NCBI GenBank assembly: GCA_963641445.1
Contig: CAVIBR010000001.1
Span: forward strand, 244,920 to 308,919
Reading direction: 5' to 3'
Source: Bacteroides uniformis
GTDB lineage: Bacteria > Bacillota_I > Bacilli_A > RFN20 > CAG-826
DNA length: 64,000 nt
Position 1 is the first letter of the stretch. Each line of letters starts with the position of its first letter. Below are positions 18,782 through 28,770 of this stretch, piece after piece. The notes under the pieces are model-generated. The model saw nothing but the letters and a program-made list of their open reading frames with translations, made no database searches and had not been told where the DNA came from. Position numbers and translations under genes: made by a program.

Positions 18782-20209
18782 ATGATGAATGAAATAAATT
18801 ACTTAAAAATAAAAGAAAGCCAAACGGTTGAGCTAAAAACATCTGAGCAAAAATTACCATCCAGCCTGTTTGAAACATACTCTAGTTTTGCAAACACAAG
18901 AGGCGGTACCATATTTTTAGGAATCAAAGAAGGCAATAACGAAAATATAATAGTAGGAGTAAACAATCCTCAATCATTAAAAACGGATTTCTTCAATGCT
19001 ATTTCAAATAATACGAAAGTCTCAGTCTGTTTAGGTGGAGATGAATTATGGAAAGAAATTGATGTTGATGGAAAAAATGTAATTGAAATTACGATTCCTG
19101 AAGCACCAAGAAGCTTGAAACCAGTCTACTTAAATTCAAATCCTGCATTAACCTATATAAGAAGAAATGATGGAGATTATTTAGCAAGCGAGCAAGAAAG
19201 ACGTGCAATGGAATTGGATTCATTTCCATTTAAAATGGATATGCAACCTAATTCAAGCGATATAACGCTTTACGACCTAAATCAAGAAAGCTTGGATACA
19301 TACCGTTCATTATTTAATGAAAGAAATCCAGGAAATTTGTTTAGGAGTCTAGACAATATTACTTTTTATAAAACGATTGGCGCTTTAGCGTACAAAGGTA
19401 GGACGCTTTTAGCGACTAACGCTGGGGTTTTACTTTTTGGAAATTATTTGCAAATAAAACGCTTATTTCCTGAATATAATCTTGATTACCGTGAAAACGC
19501 CAGTCATTCAACACGTTGGGATTATCGTTTAGATGCTAGTGACCTTTCTTGGAGCGGCAACGCTTTTGACTTTATCATGAAAACATTTGCACATATCAAG
19601 CCATTGCTCCCTAACCCATTTCATATATCAGATGATGGAATAACGGAAAATGGCGGACAATTGCTTGCAGAATGTGTTAGAGAAGGAATCGTTAATGCAA
19701 TTTGTAATTGCGATTATCTTTTAAGCGGAGGAGTTTCCGTTCTTTACGAAGGTAACAAAATCATTTTTAGAAATGCAGGTTGCATGCGCTTGCCTCTTGA
19801 AAGAGCGTTGCAAGGCGGTAATAGCGATTCAAGAAATGAAGGAGTTATGAACTTGCTTCATTTAGCTAAAATCGGCGATAAAGCAGGGACTGGAATACCA
19901 AACATCGTTCTAAAAATGAAAGAATTAGGATATCCTGAACCAATATGGCAGGAAGAAACGTTCCCTAACAAAACAACATTAACATTCTTGCTCCCCCAAA
20001 TAAGCGCAGTTAAAGGAATGAACACACTTGATAAACAAATCGTTTCTTTCCTAGCTAGAGAAGGAGAATCTAATGTCACATCCATTGCTCAATATTTAAA
20101 TGTTAGCAATGCAACAATTAGCCTTTCTCTCAAAGAATTAGTAAAGAAAAACATTGTTTCAGATAACGGCAAACCAACAAAGGGTAAAATGTTCTTTCTT
20201 AAAAAGTAG
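18782..20209 (+). CDS. AlbA_2/Schlafen-like divergent-AAA domain protein with HATPase_c_4-like and C-terminal winged-helix (putative DNA-binding ATP-dependent regulator)
   Basis: N-terminal ESQTVELK...LPSSLFETYSSFANTRGGTIFLGI matches AlbA_2 (PF04326) core; C-terminal DKQIVSFLAREGESNVTSIAQYLNVSNATISLSLKELVKKNIV is a wHTH. Confidence 0.6.
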   Translation: MMNEINYLKIKESQTVELKTSEQKLPSSLFETYSSFANTRGGTIFLGIKEGNNENIIVGVNNPQSLKTDFFNAISNNTKVSVCLGGDELWKEIDVDGKNVIEITIPEAPRSLKPVYLNSNPALTYIRRNDGDYLASEQERRAMELDSFPFKMDMQPNSSDITLYDLNQESLDTYRSLFNERNPGNLFRSLDNITFYKTIGALAYKGRTLLATNAGVLLFGNYLQIKRLFPEYNLDYRENASHSTRWDYRLDASDLSWSGNAFDFIMKTFAHIKPLLPNPFHISDDGITENGGQLLAECVREGIVNAICNCDYLLSGGVSVLYEGNKIIFRNAGCMRLPLERALQGGNSDSRNEGVMNLLHLAKIGDKAGTGIPNIVLKMKELGYPEPIWQEETFPNKTTLTFLLPQISAVKGMNTLDKQIVSFLAREGESNVTSIAQYLNVSNATISLSLKELVKKNIVSDNGKPTKGKMFFLKK

Positions 20210-20228
20210 AACAACATCAAATATTATG

Positions 20229-20256
20229 AAAAAAACGCTCGTTGAGCGTTTTTTCG
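20229..20256. terminator. Bidirectional terminator between convergent genes
   Basis: aaaaaacgctc-gtt-gagcgtttttt. Confidence 0.75.
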
Positions 20257-20303
20257 TTTCGTTTTTAAAATTCAAATATCCAAATATTGGCAACAAAAAC
20301 CTA

Positions 20304-22217
20304 TTATTTTTGCCAAGAGAGATTATTTCCACCTTTTGGCAAGATATAGGATTTATCTTTCTCTTTGACTCTAATTATTGTCGCAGAATCTTCTAGATTT
20401 CCTGAAACGACTTTGATTTCATTCTTCATTTCTAGATCGATTTTGAATTTAAAGATCTTATCGCCTTTCTTTGTCGCGATTAATTTTCCATTGTTATAGA
20501 GAGAAACTGTATCTTGATTTGAATATACTTTGATCGTTGCTTTTTTATCTGTTCTATTTACGTATCTCTTTGAACAGATATGAACGAATGGATCTTTTGA
20601 CCAGTATGCCTTATAAACATAGAATGCATCCTTTTTCGTCTTTCTATCAAAGGTGACTAATCCTTTATGGTTAATGCCTTTTTCTCCACCTTGGTTACGG
20701 CCATCCGAGCCAAAGTCGAACATGTTCCAGACATGCGTCGCCCAAAGATACGGTCTATCGTTAATTTGCTTAATCATTCTTTCATGATAGATAGCTTGAT
20801 ATTCTTCCGTGTTATCAAATCTCTTAGGCTTTGACGAATGAAGATTTGGCATGCCTTCCGCTCCATATTCACTTAAACCGATTGGACCATGCGGGTAGAA
20901 GAAGTGCCACCAAGAAAGAATCCAGCCTGTCATAGGAGTAAATGGAACATACCATCCCCAATAAAGGTTATATGATGCAACATCGGTAATATGAGCAACC
21001 CTATTAAAGATGTTCATAACAGAGAAACAAGCAATTCCTGTTACTCTATTTGGATCTTCCTCATGACAGAATTTATTCAATTTATGATGATCTTCACGGC
21101 ATTTCTTTCCGAATTGCTTTCTAAACATCGTAATTTCATTAGAAACTCCCCAGCAAACAATTGATGGATGGTTATAACATTGATGAATTAATTCTCTTAA
21201 TTGATTCTTTGCATTTTCTTCCGCATCAAAAGAATATTTGGAGATATAAGGAATTTCCGTCCATACGATTATTCCGTTTTTATCGCATAAGTCGTAGAAA
21301 TATTGATCGTGTTGGTAATGAGATAATCTTACTGTTGTCGCGCCAATCTCTTTGATCAAAGCCATGTCTTCATCCATGTCTTCTTTAGAGATAGCATTTC
21401 CTAGGCTAGGTCTATCTTGATGCTTAGCAACTCCTCTTAATGGATATGATTTTCCGTTAAGGAAGAAACCTTTCTTGGGGTCAACTTTGAATGATCTAAA
21501 ACCGATGCTTGTAGTAATTTCATCAAGGATTTGCCCATGATTTTCTAATTTTCCCTTAACTGTATATAGATATGGATCATTTAATCCATCCCATAAATGA
21601 GGATTAGAAAGAATGATATCTTCATTTGGTTTTCCTTTTGCAACGACATTTCCTTCCATATCGATTAATTCAATGACAATTTCATCGTTTGTGTTTGCTT
21701 TTGCTTTAACGCTAAGAACACCTTTTCCGTCTTTAACTGTAACCGTGCATTTAAGAGGAGAAGACATATCTTCATTGAATTCAAAATGAGATTTTGGCAA
21801 AGAGAGCAATTTCACATCACGATAGATTCCACCATAGAAAGTGAAATCTGCAGCAAGAGGATAAATTCTTGAATATTCTTTGTTATCAGCCTCAACGACT
21901 AATTCGTTTTCATCTTTTAATTTGTCCGTGACTAATGCGCCAAAAATAGAATATCCACCTTCATGATGAATGATATGTTCACCATTAAGATAAACATCGC
22001 AAAGAGAGTTAACGGCATTGAAAATCAAATACACATCTTCGTCGTTTTTCTTTTTGTAGGAGAAGCTCCTTTTATAGGTTCCAACATCACGAAGATAATC
22101 ATTACCTCCATCTTGCCCATCTTTTCCGTTCCAAGAATGAGGCAAATTAACTTTTTCTTCTTGCTTATTTGCAATCTTAAAAAGCCAACCTTCATTTAGT
22201 AAGACTTCTTCACGCAT
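20304..22217 (-). CDS. Glycoside hydrolase family 2 (beta-glucuronidase/beta-galactosidase type); beta-glucuronidase likely from context
   Basis: Start at MREEV (RBS AGGAGGG). Similarity to E. coli UidA motifs: NHPSIVCWGVSNE (acid/base region), EYGAEGMPNLHS (nucleophile Glu), WNMFDFGSD...GEKGINHKGLVTFDRKTKKDAF (cf. WNFADFATS...GNKKGIFTRDRKPKSAAF); adjacent glucuronate catabolic genes. Confidence 0.8.
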   Translation of the reverse strand: MREEVLLNEGWLFKIANKQEEKVNLPHSWNGKDGQDGGNDYLRDVGTYKRSFSYKKKNDEDVYLIFNAVNSLCDVYLNGEHIIHHEGGYSIFGALVTDKLKDENELVVEADNKEYSRIYPLAADFTFYGGIYRDVKLLSLPKSHFEFNEDMSSPLKCTVTVKDGKGVLSVKAKANTNDEIVIELIDMEGNVVAKGKPNEDIILSNPHLWDGLNDPYLYTVKGKLENHGQILDEITTSIGFRSFKVDPKKGFFLNGKSYPLRGVAKHQDRPSLGNAISKEDMDEDMALIKEIGATTVRLSHYQHDQYFYDLCDKNGIIVWTEIPYISKYSFDAEENAKNQLRELIHQCYNHPSIVCWGVSNEITMFRKQFGKKCREDHHKLNKFCHEEDPNRVTGIACFSVMNIFNRVAHITDVASYNLYWGWYVPFTPMTGWILSWWHFFYPHGPIGLSEYGAEGMPNLHSSKPKRFDNTEEYQAIYHERMIKQINDRPYLWATHVWNMFDFGSDGRNQGGEKGINHKGLVTFDRKTKKDAFYVYKAYWSKDPFVHICSKRYVNRTDKKATIKVYSNQDTVSLYNNGKLIATKKGDKIFKFKIDLEMKNEIKVVSGNLEDSATIIRVKEKDKSYILPKGGNNLSWQK

Positions 22218-22336
22218 ATTTTTCCCTCCTGCATTCATCTATTTTTATATATGAAATAAAAACAAGTAAATTGATTTTAAAATATAAAGTAAGCGCTTTT
22301 AATTGCAATAACAATCGCTAAATATTGCAAAAACAA

Positions 22337-23125
22337 TTAATTTCTTTTGCTTCTACGATCACAATTAGGATTAACCGATGCTACCTTCTTATAGCTTCTA
22401 TAGAAGGTTGAATAATCAGAGAAAGACAATTCTTCGGCAACATCAACGGCCTTCATTCCGTCTCTAATCATTTCCTGAGCAAGAATTATCTTTTTTGAAC
22501 GGATATATTTCATCAATGGACATTTCATTGCTTTTTTAAATTGATTTGAAAGGTATGATTCTGAATAATGGAGTTTTTCTGCGATTGATTCAAGAGTTAA
22601 ATCTTCTTTGATATGTTCCTCGATATAATCAACTAAGTCACGAATCACATCATTTTTCTGATACTCTGGCGCTGATTCGCGGGAATTTGCTAGATAGACA
22701 AGGATCTCTCTAATTTTTGATTCCGAAAGAAGATAAAGATCATCGTCGTTATATAGATCGTAAAATGTATCAAAAGATCTTACGCATGTTTCAACATTCC
22801 TTTTTGCCATATAAAAAGGCAAGTTGTTTTTTAAACGTTCCTGAATACTTGGAGGAACCATCGTTGAAGGAAATTTAAAAACGTATCTTTCATAAGAGAC
22901 GTCCTTATTGACTGTCGCAAAATGGAATTTTCCTGCGGCCATAAGAATGATGTCACCCGGTTCAAGATGGCGCGATTCTGATTCAACGTGATATGTCACA
23001 TCTCCACGGATGAACAAAAGAAGTTCATAAAACGTGTGCATGTGCTTGTTATATTCGTCTTTTGGTGATGAGGCATAATCGAGCTTGTGAGCAATGTCGA
23101 TGTCTTTGCAAGTGAATGAGAACAT
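22337..23125 (-). CDS. AraC family transcriptional regulator (cupin sensor + HTH_AraC)
   Basis: N-terminal cupin-like; C-terminal dual HTH LTLESIAEKLHYSESYLSNQFKK...VAEELSFSDYSTFYRSYKK. Confidence 0.85.
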   Translation of the reverse strand: MFSFTCKDIDIAHKLDYASSPKDEYNKHMHTFYELLLFIRGDVTYHVESESRHLEPGDIILMAAGKFHFATVNKDVSYERYVFKFPSTMVPPSIQERLKNNLPFYMAKRNVETCVRSFDTFYDLYNDDDLYLLSESKIREILVYLANSRESAPEYQKNDVIRDLVDYIEEHIKEDLTLESIAEKLHYSESYLSNQFKKAMKCPLMKYIRSKKIILAQEMIRDGMKAVDVAEELSFSDYSTFYRSYKKVASVNPNCDRRSKRN

Positions 23126-23369
23126 AAATTTTCTCCGTATTTAATTATTGATTAAAATATAAAGTCAAAAAGAATAAAATGCAATATTAATAAAGCTATA
23201 TTGCAAAAATAGTTAAATATTAATGTAACTTTTCACTAATTCTATGACTGAAAATTAATGTAAGCGTTATCAAAAAACAAAATATGCAAACATATAGATT
23301 AATTATTGCAATTTAAGTATCAAATTTAAGGACTAAAATAATATTTGTTAGCAATAGGAGAAGAAAATT

Positions 23370-24416
23370 ATGAAACTCTCATTTCGCTGGTATGGCTTAA
23401 ATGACTCCATACCACTAGAACACATTCGACAAATTCCGAATATGTCAACAATTGTTACCTCCGTCTATGACAAAAAGGCTGGCGAGGTTTGGGAAGAGTC
23501 CTCTCTTCTTAAATTAAAAGACGCCTGTGAGAAAAACGGTCTTAAGATGGAAGTTATCGAATCCATTCCAGTATCAGAAGATATCAAGATGGGCTCCGCA
23601 AAAAGAGATGAACACATCGAAGCATTCAAAAAGAATCTTGAATTATGTGCAAAAAACGGTGTCAAAGTTGTTTGCTATAACTTCATGCCTGTATTTGATT
23701 GGCTTAGAACCGATATGCATCACGTCTTATTTGATGGCTCAAATGCTCTTTCATATTCCCGTGATGACTTCGATAAGGTCGATCCACATAACCTTCACTT
23801 ACCTGGCTGGGATGAATCATATTCACCAGATGAGCTTCAAAACTTATTAGAGACATATAAACATATTTCTCATGAGCAATTATTTGAGAACCTTGTTTAT
23901 TTCCTTAAACAAATAATGCCAATCTGCGATGAGTACGGTATCAATATGGCCATTCACCCAGACGATCCGCCATGGGATGTTTTCGGTCTTCCAAGAATCA
24001 TTTCAAATGAAGAAGACCTCGATAAGCTCTTTGCAGCCGTTCCAGATATTCATAACGGCTTAACCCTTTGCACTGGCTCATTTGGCGCAGGAAGAAATAA
24101 CGATCTTCCACATATGGCCGCTAAATATGCCAAAGCCGGAAGGATCTACTTCGCTCACTTAAGAAACATCAAATATACCGATGACAAAGATTCCTTCACT
24201 GAAGTTGGACATTTCTCCGGATATGGCTCACTTGATATGGCTCTTATCGTCAAAAATCTCGTTGAAAATGGATTTGACGGATATGTTAGACCAGATCATG
24301 GAAGAAACATCTGGGGCGAAGATCAAAAACCGGGCTATGGCTTATATGATCGTGCCTTAGGATGCGCTTATATCAATGGCTTATTTGAAGCAGTCACACA
24401 TTTCCAAAATAAATAA
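23370..24416 (+). CDS. uxuA: Mannonate dehydratase UxuA
   Basis: N-terminus MKLSFRWYGLNDSIPLEHIRQIP (cf. UxuA MEQTWRWYGPNDPVSL); xylose-isomerase-like TIM barrel length 348 aa. Confidence 0.85.
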   Translation: MKLSFRWYGLNDSIPLEHIRQIPNMSTIVTSVYDKKAGEVWEESSLLKLKDACEKNGLKMEVIESIPVSEDIKMGSAKRDEHIEAFKKNLELCAKNGVKVVCYNFMPVFDWLRTDMHHVLFDGSNALSYSRDDFDKVDPHNLHLPGWDESYSPDELQNLLETYKHISHEQLFENLVYFLKQIMPICDEYGINMAIHPDDPPWDVFGLPRIISNEEDLDKLFAAVPDIHNGLTLCTGSFGAGRNNDLPHMAAKYAKAGRIYFAHLRNIKYTDDKDSFTEVGHFSGYGSLDMALIVKNLVENGFDGYVRPDHGRNIWGEDQKPGYGLYDRALGCAYINGLFEAVTHFQNK

Positions 24417-24435
24417 TTAATAAGGAGTTAAATAA

Positions 24436-25287
24436 ATGGAAAAGAATTTACCTTTATACGTTGATTACACCGATAAGGTCGTAGTTATCACTGGAGCAGG
24501 CGGAGTCCTTTGCTCTGAAATGGCTAGAGCATTTGCTCTTTGTCATGCCAAAATTGCCTTACTTGATTTACATTTAAGCGCAGCTGAAGCAAAAGCCGAA
24601 GAAATCAGAAAACTTGGTGGAAATGCAAAAGGATATGAAGCAAATGTCCTTGATAAGGATTCGCTCGAAAAAGCACATCAACAAATCCTTACTGATTTCG
24701 GCAAATGCGACATCCTCATCAATGGCGCTGGCGGAAACTCTCCAAAAGCTTCCACGACTCAAGAATTCTATGAGCCAAAAGTTTCTGATGAGACAATTTC
24801 CTTCTTCGATTTAAAGAGCGAAGGATTCCAATTCGTTTTCAATCTCAATATCTTAGGAACTCTTCTCCCAACACAAATCTTTGCTGTTGATATGATTGGC
24901 AAAGAAGGATGCTCAATTCTTAACATCTCTTCGATGAATGCCTTCACCCCATTAACGAAGATCCCAGCTTATAGCTCTGCCAAAGCAGGTGTTTCTAATT
25001 TCACAAAATGGTTAGCAACCCACTTTGCAAAAACCGGAATCAGAGTCAATGCAATCGCTCCTGGATTCTTCTCCACAGCCCAAAACGCTGCCTTATTATG
25101 GAACCCAGATGGCACTCCAACAGAAAGAACCCACAAGATTCTTAACAATACCCCAATGGGAAGATTTGGCACACCAGACGAACTCTTAGGCGCAGTCTTA
25201 TTCCTTTCTAATAGCGAAGCTGCTTCCTTCATCACTGGCGTTGTTCTCCCAATCGATGGTGGTTTCAGCGCTTATAGCGGAGTTTGA
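24436..25287 (+). CDS. SDR family oxidoreductase, probable D-mannonate/fructuronate oxidoreductase (short-chain UxuB-like)
   Basis: TGAGGVLC Rossmann motif, catalytic YSSAK; positioned between uxuA and uxaC. Confidence 0.7.
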   Translation: MEKNLPLYVDYTDKVVVITGAGGVLCSEMARAFALCHAKIALLDLHLSAAEAKAEEIRKLGGNAKGYEANVLDKDSLEKAHQQILTDFGKCDILINGAGGNSPKASTTQEFYEPKVSDETISFFDLKSEGFQFVFNLNILGTLLPTQIFAVDMIGKEGCSILNISSMNAFTPLTKIPAYSSAKAGVSNFTKWLATHFAKTGIRVNAIAPGFFSTAQNAALLWNPDGTPTERTHKILNNTPMGRFGTPDELLGAVLFLSNSEAASFITGVVLPIDGGFSAYSGV

Positions 25288-25290
25288 TCT

Positions 25291-26616
25291 ATGGAATTCT
25301 TTAGCAATGATGTTCTCCTTAAAGGGGACGCAAGCAAAGAAATATATAAAGAGATTAAAGACCTTCCAATAATCGATTACCATTGCCATCTTGACCAACA
25401 TGCAATAAAGGTGGATGGAAAATTCGAAGATATCGGTGAACTTTGGCTAGCCGGAGATCACTATAAATGGAGAGCCATGAGAATGGCTGGCATCCCTGAA
25501 GAATATATCACTGGGAACGCTTCCTTCCATGAGAAGTTCCTCAAATACGCTTCGATCATGCCTTTATTGGTTGGAAATCCTCTCTATTACTGGACTCATT
25601 TTGAACTCAAGCAAGTCTTTGGAATCGAAAAAGAACTTAATTCCGAAACTGCCGAAGAGATATATTCCGAAGCAAACAAAGCTTTAAAATCCTTATCTGT
25701 CCAAAAGCTCTTAAAACTCTTCAACGTTGAATTTGTTGCAACCACAAACGATCCAACAGAAGACTTAAAAGATCACGGAATAGTTGGAAATACAAACGTT
25801 ACTCCAACCTTCAGACCTGATAAGCTCTATAACTTTGATTCTAAATATCTTGAAGAATTAGGGAAAGTCGTCGGATATGAATTATCTGACTTGGATCTCT
25901 TAGAAAAAGCCCTTCAAGAAAGACTCGATTTCTTCAAGAGCAAAGGTTGCAAGATCACCGATCACGGATTTAGAAACTTCCCTAAGAAATATGCTTCTTA
26001 TGAAGAAGCTAAATCTTTCTATCTAAGAAGAGATTCTCTTAATGAAGAAGAAAGAGACTCCCTCTTTGGCTATCTTCTTGTCTTCTTGATGAAGGAATAT
26101 AAAAAGAGAAATCTTGTTGTTCAAATGCATTTCTCCGTCACAAGAAACATCAACACCCCAATGTATAAAAAAGTTGGTGTCGATGCAGGATTTGATGTCA
26201 TCTCCGAAGGTGTCAATCTTCAAGATTTGATTAATTTCCTTGATAAATTACCTGATGAAGAAAGACCGATGATCATTCTCTACTCCTTAAACCCTGAGAT
26301 GTTAAGAGAAGTGGCAACAATTACCGGCGCCTTCAGAAATGTTCGTGTCGGAGCGGCTTGGTGGTTCAACGATACTCTCTTAGGGATAAGAAGAAATCTT
26401 GAAATCATCTCTGAATATTCTCTCTTTGGAACAAATCTTGGCATGTTAACTGACTCAAGATCATTCTCATCCTATTCAAGATTCGACTTCTTCAGAAGAA
26501 TCCTTTCCACCTTCTTAGGAGAGAAAGTTGACGCAGGCGAGTATTCCTTAAAAAATGCTATAATGCTCGCGAAGAATATAAGTTATTACAACATTAAGAA
26601 CTTATTTGGAGAATAA
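25291..26616 (+). CDS. uxaC: Glucuronate isomerase UxaC
   Basis: N-terminal region ...LPIIDYHCHLDQH (UxaC DYHCHL motif), 441 aa. Confidence 0.85.
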   Translation: MEFFSNDVLLKGDASKEIYKEIKDLPIIDYHCHLDQHAIKVDGKFEDIGELWLAGDHYKWRAMRMAGIPEEYITGNASFHEKFLKYASIMPLLVGNPLYYWTHFELKQVFGIEKELNSETAEEIYSEANKALKSLSVQKLLKLFNVEFVATTNDPTEDLKDHGIVGNTNVTPTFRPDKLYNFDSKYLEELGKVVGYELSDLDLLEKALQERLDFFKSKGCKITDHGFRNFPKKYASYEEAKSFYLRRDSLNEEERDSLFGYLLVFLMKEYKKRNLVVQMHFSVTRNINTPMYKKVGVDAGFDVISEGVNLQDLINFLDKLPDEERPMIILYSLNPEMLREVATITGAFRNVRVGAAWWFNDTLLGIRRNLEIISEYSLFGTNLGMLTDSRSFSSYSRFDFFRRILSTFLGEKVDAGEYSLKNAIMLAKNISYYNIKNLFGE

Positions 26617-26619
26617 AGT

Positions 26620-27234
26620 ATGGAAAACATATTAGATGAAATTAGAAAATACCGCATCGTTCCGGTCGTGGCAATCAATAAAATTGAAGATGCCATTCCA
26701 ACAATGGAAGCCTTAGTCAAAGGCGGTTTGCCAGTAGCAGAGATCACCTTCCGCACAGCATGCGCAAAAGATGCAATAAAGCTTGCTATTGAGAAATTCC
26801 CTGAGGCGTTAATCGGCGCAGGAACAGTAATCAATGCCAAACAAGCAGAAGAAGCAATCTCTGTCGGAGCAAAATTCATTGTTTCCCCAGGATTATCCTC
26901 TTCAGTATTTGAAGTTTGCAAAGCCCACAACGTTCCTTATCTTCCTGGCTGCGTTACTCCAACAGAAATCATGGAAGCACTTGAACTTGGCTTAACAACT
27001 CTCAAATTCTTCCCTGCATCAAATTACGGTGGATTAAAAACAATCAAAGCCCTTAATGGACCATTCCCACAAATCACCTTTATGCCTACAGGCGGAGTCA
27101 ATGAAGAAAACATTCTTGAATACCTTGCCTATCCCCACATCATTGCCTGTGGAGGTTCATGGATGATGAAAGGAAGCTTCGAAGAAATCGAAGAAAAAAC
27201 CAAAAAAGCCGTTGAGCTTGTAAGAGGAAAATAA
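26620..27234 (+). CDS. eda: 2-dehydro-3-deoxy-phosphogluconate (KDPG) aldolase Eda
   Basis: 204 aa; KDPG/KHG aldolase motifs VVAIN...GLPVAEITFRT...GAGTV...FIVSPG; catalytic Lys region KFFPA. Confidence 0.8.
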   Translation: MENILDEIRKYRIVPVVAINKIEDAIPTMEALVKGGLPVAEITFRTACAKDAIKLAIEKFPEALIGAGTVINAKQAEEAISVGAKFIVSPGLSSSVFEVCKAHNVPYLPGCVTPTEIMEALELGLTTLKFFPASNYGGLKTIKALNGPFPQITFMPTGGVNEENILEYLAYPHIIACGGSWMMKGSFEEIEEKTKKAVELVRGK

Positions 27235-27235
27235 A

Positions 27236-28252
27236 ATGAAAGCAGTTACTTTAGGCGAATTAATGTTACGCCTTCAACCAGACAATTATCTCCGTTTCGT
27301 TCAATGCGACCATCTTGAAGCCACATTCGGCGGAGGAGAAGCAAACGTTGCTGTTTCCTTGGCCAATTATGGCATCGATGCAGCATTTGTTAGCAAACTC
27401 CCATCTCACGAAATCGGTCAAGCCGCTTTAAATTCTTTAAGAAGATATGGTGTTGATACATCAAAGATCGTTCGTGGCGGAGATCGCTTAGGAATCTATT
27501 TCCTTGAAAAAGGCGCTTCCCAAAGGCCTTCAAAGGTTATTTATGATCGTGCTAACAGTGCTTTCGCTCTTTCGAATCCTGACGAATATGATTGGGATAA
27601 AATCTTTGAAGGAGTCAACTGGTTCCATTTCTCTGGCATCACACCAGCATTAGGTGATAATGTCGTTGAAATAACTCGCCAAGCACTCAAAGCTTGCAAG
27701 AAACATGGCGTTACAGTCTCTTGCGATCTTAACTACCGTAGCAAACTTTGGTCTAAGCAAAAAGCCAAAGAAGTCATGAGTGAATTCATGCAATATGTCG
27801 ATGTCCTTATCGGAAACGAAGATGATGCAAACGATGTCTTCGGAATCAAAGCCGAAGCCACTGATACATCTTCTGGAAAGCTCAATAAAGACGGATATGT
27901 CTCAGTTGCAAAACAACTCAAAGACAAATTCGGATTCAAATATGTTTGCATCACGATGAGAACATCAATCTCTGCAACCGACAATAAGTGGTGCGGAATG
28001 ATCTATGATGGCGAAGCACATATGTCAAAAGAATATAACCTTCACATTGTTGATCGTGTTGGTGGGGGAGATTCCTTTGCTGGTGGATTAATCTATGCCT
28101 TATTAAATGATTATCAACCACAAGCCGCTATCGAATTTGCCGTTGCAGCCTCGGCCTTAAAACATTCCATCGAAGGCGATTACAACTTTGTCAGCGTCGA
28201 TGAAGTTAACAAACTCGCCGGTGGAGATGGCTCTGGCCGTGTTCAAAGATAA
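27236..28252 (+). CDS. kdgK: 2-dehydro-3-deoxygluconokinase KdgK (PfkB family)
   Basis: PfkB motifs GGGEANVAVSLA (N-term) and DRVGGGDSFAGGLIYAL (C-term anion hole). Confidence 0.8.
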   Translation: MKAVTLGELMLRLQPDNYLRFVQCDHLEATFGGGEANVAVSLANYGIDAAFVSKLPSHEIGQAALNSLRRYGVDTSKIVRGGDRLGIYFLEKGASQRPSKVIYDRANSAFALSNPDEYDWDKIFEGVNWFHFSGITPALGDNVVEITRQALKACKKHGVTVSCDLNYRSKLWSKQKAKEVMSEFMQYVDVLIGNEDDANDVFGIKAEATDTSSGKLNKDGYVSVAKQLKDKFGFKYVCITMRTSISATDNKWCGMIYDGEAHMSKEYNLHIVDRVGGGDSFAGGLIYALLNDYQPQAAIEFAVAASALKHSIEGDYNFVSVDEVNKLAGGDGSGRVQR

Positions 28253-28276
28253 TTAGTCTTATCCTCCTTTACATAC

Positions 28277-28311
28277 AGCCTTAGGGATTGTGCCTCCTTA
28301 AGGCTTTTTTC
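28277..28311 (+). terminator. Rho-independent terminator after kdgK
   Basis: agcctta-gggattgtgcctcct-taaggct + T7. Confidence 0.7.
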
Positions 28312-28770
28312 TTTATCAAAAAATTGAAATTTCCAAATATTCCCAGCAAAACTCAAATGTTTTTCTTCTTTTAACCTAATGACCGTATTTAGAAAGCGGA
28401 ATATTTAAAATCTAGACGCTTTTCTATAACATTGTTTAAAAAACGCCTTCATTTAAAGGCCAATTGAAAAAATTATGAATAAACGTATATTAATAACAAA
28501 TGCGCAGCAGTCACCCATATTTTTATGTAAATTTAAGAAATATCTATCTTTTGTTAAAGGCAATCATTTTATGTAAGCGATTTCATAAATTCAAAATATA
28601 AAAAGAAGAAATCTTTACAATTTTTCAAATAATTCGACAATTTAGGAATGTTTGATAATCTTTGATTTATGTTTGCAATTTAAAGATTTCCTTAAATAAG
28701 CATTTCGGTAATTTATTACTTTTTTAAGGGTTATTTTTCAAATATATAATAATGACACGGAGGGCAATTA

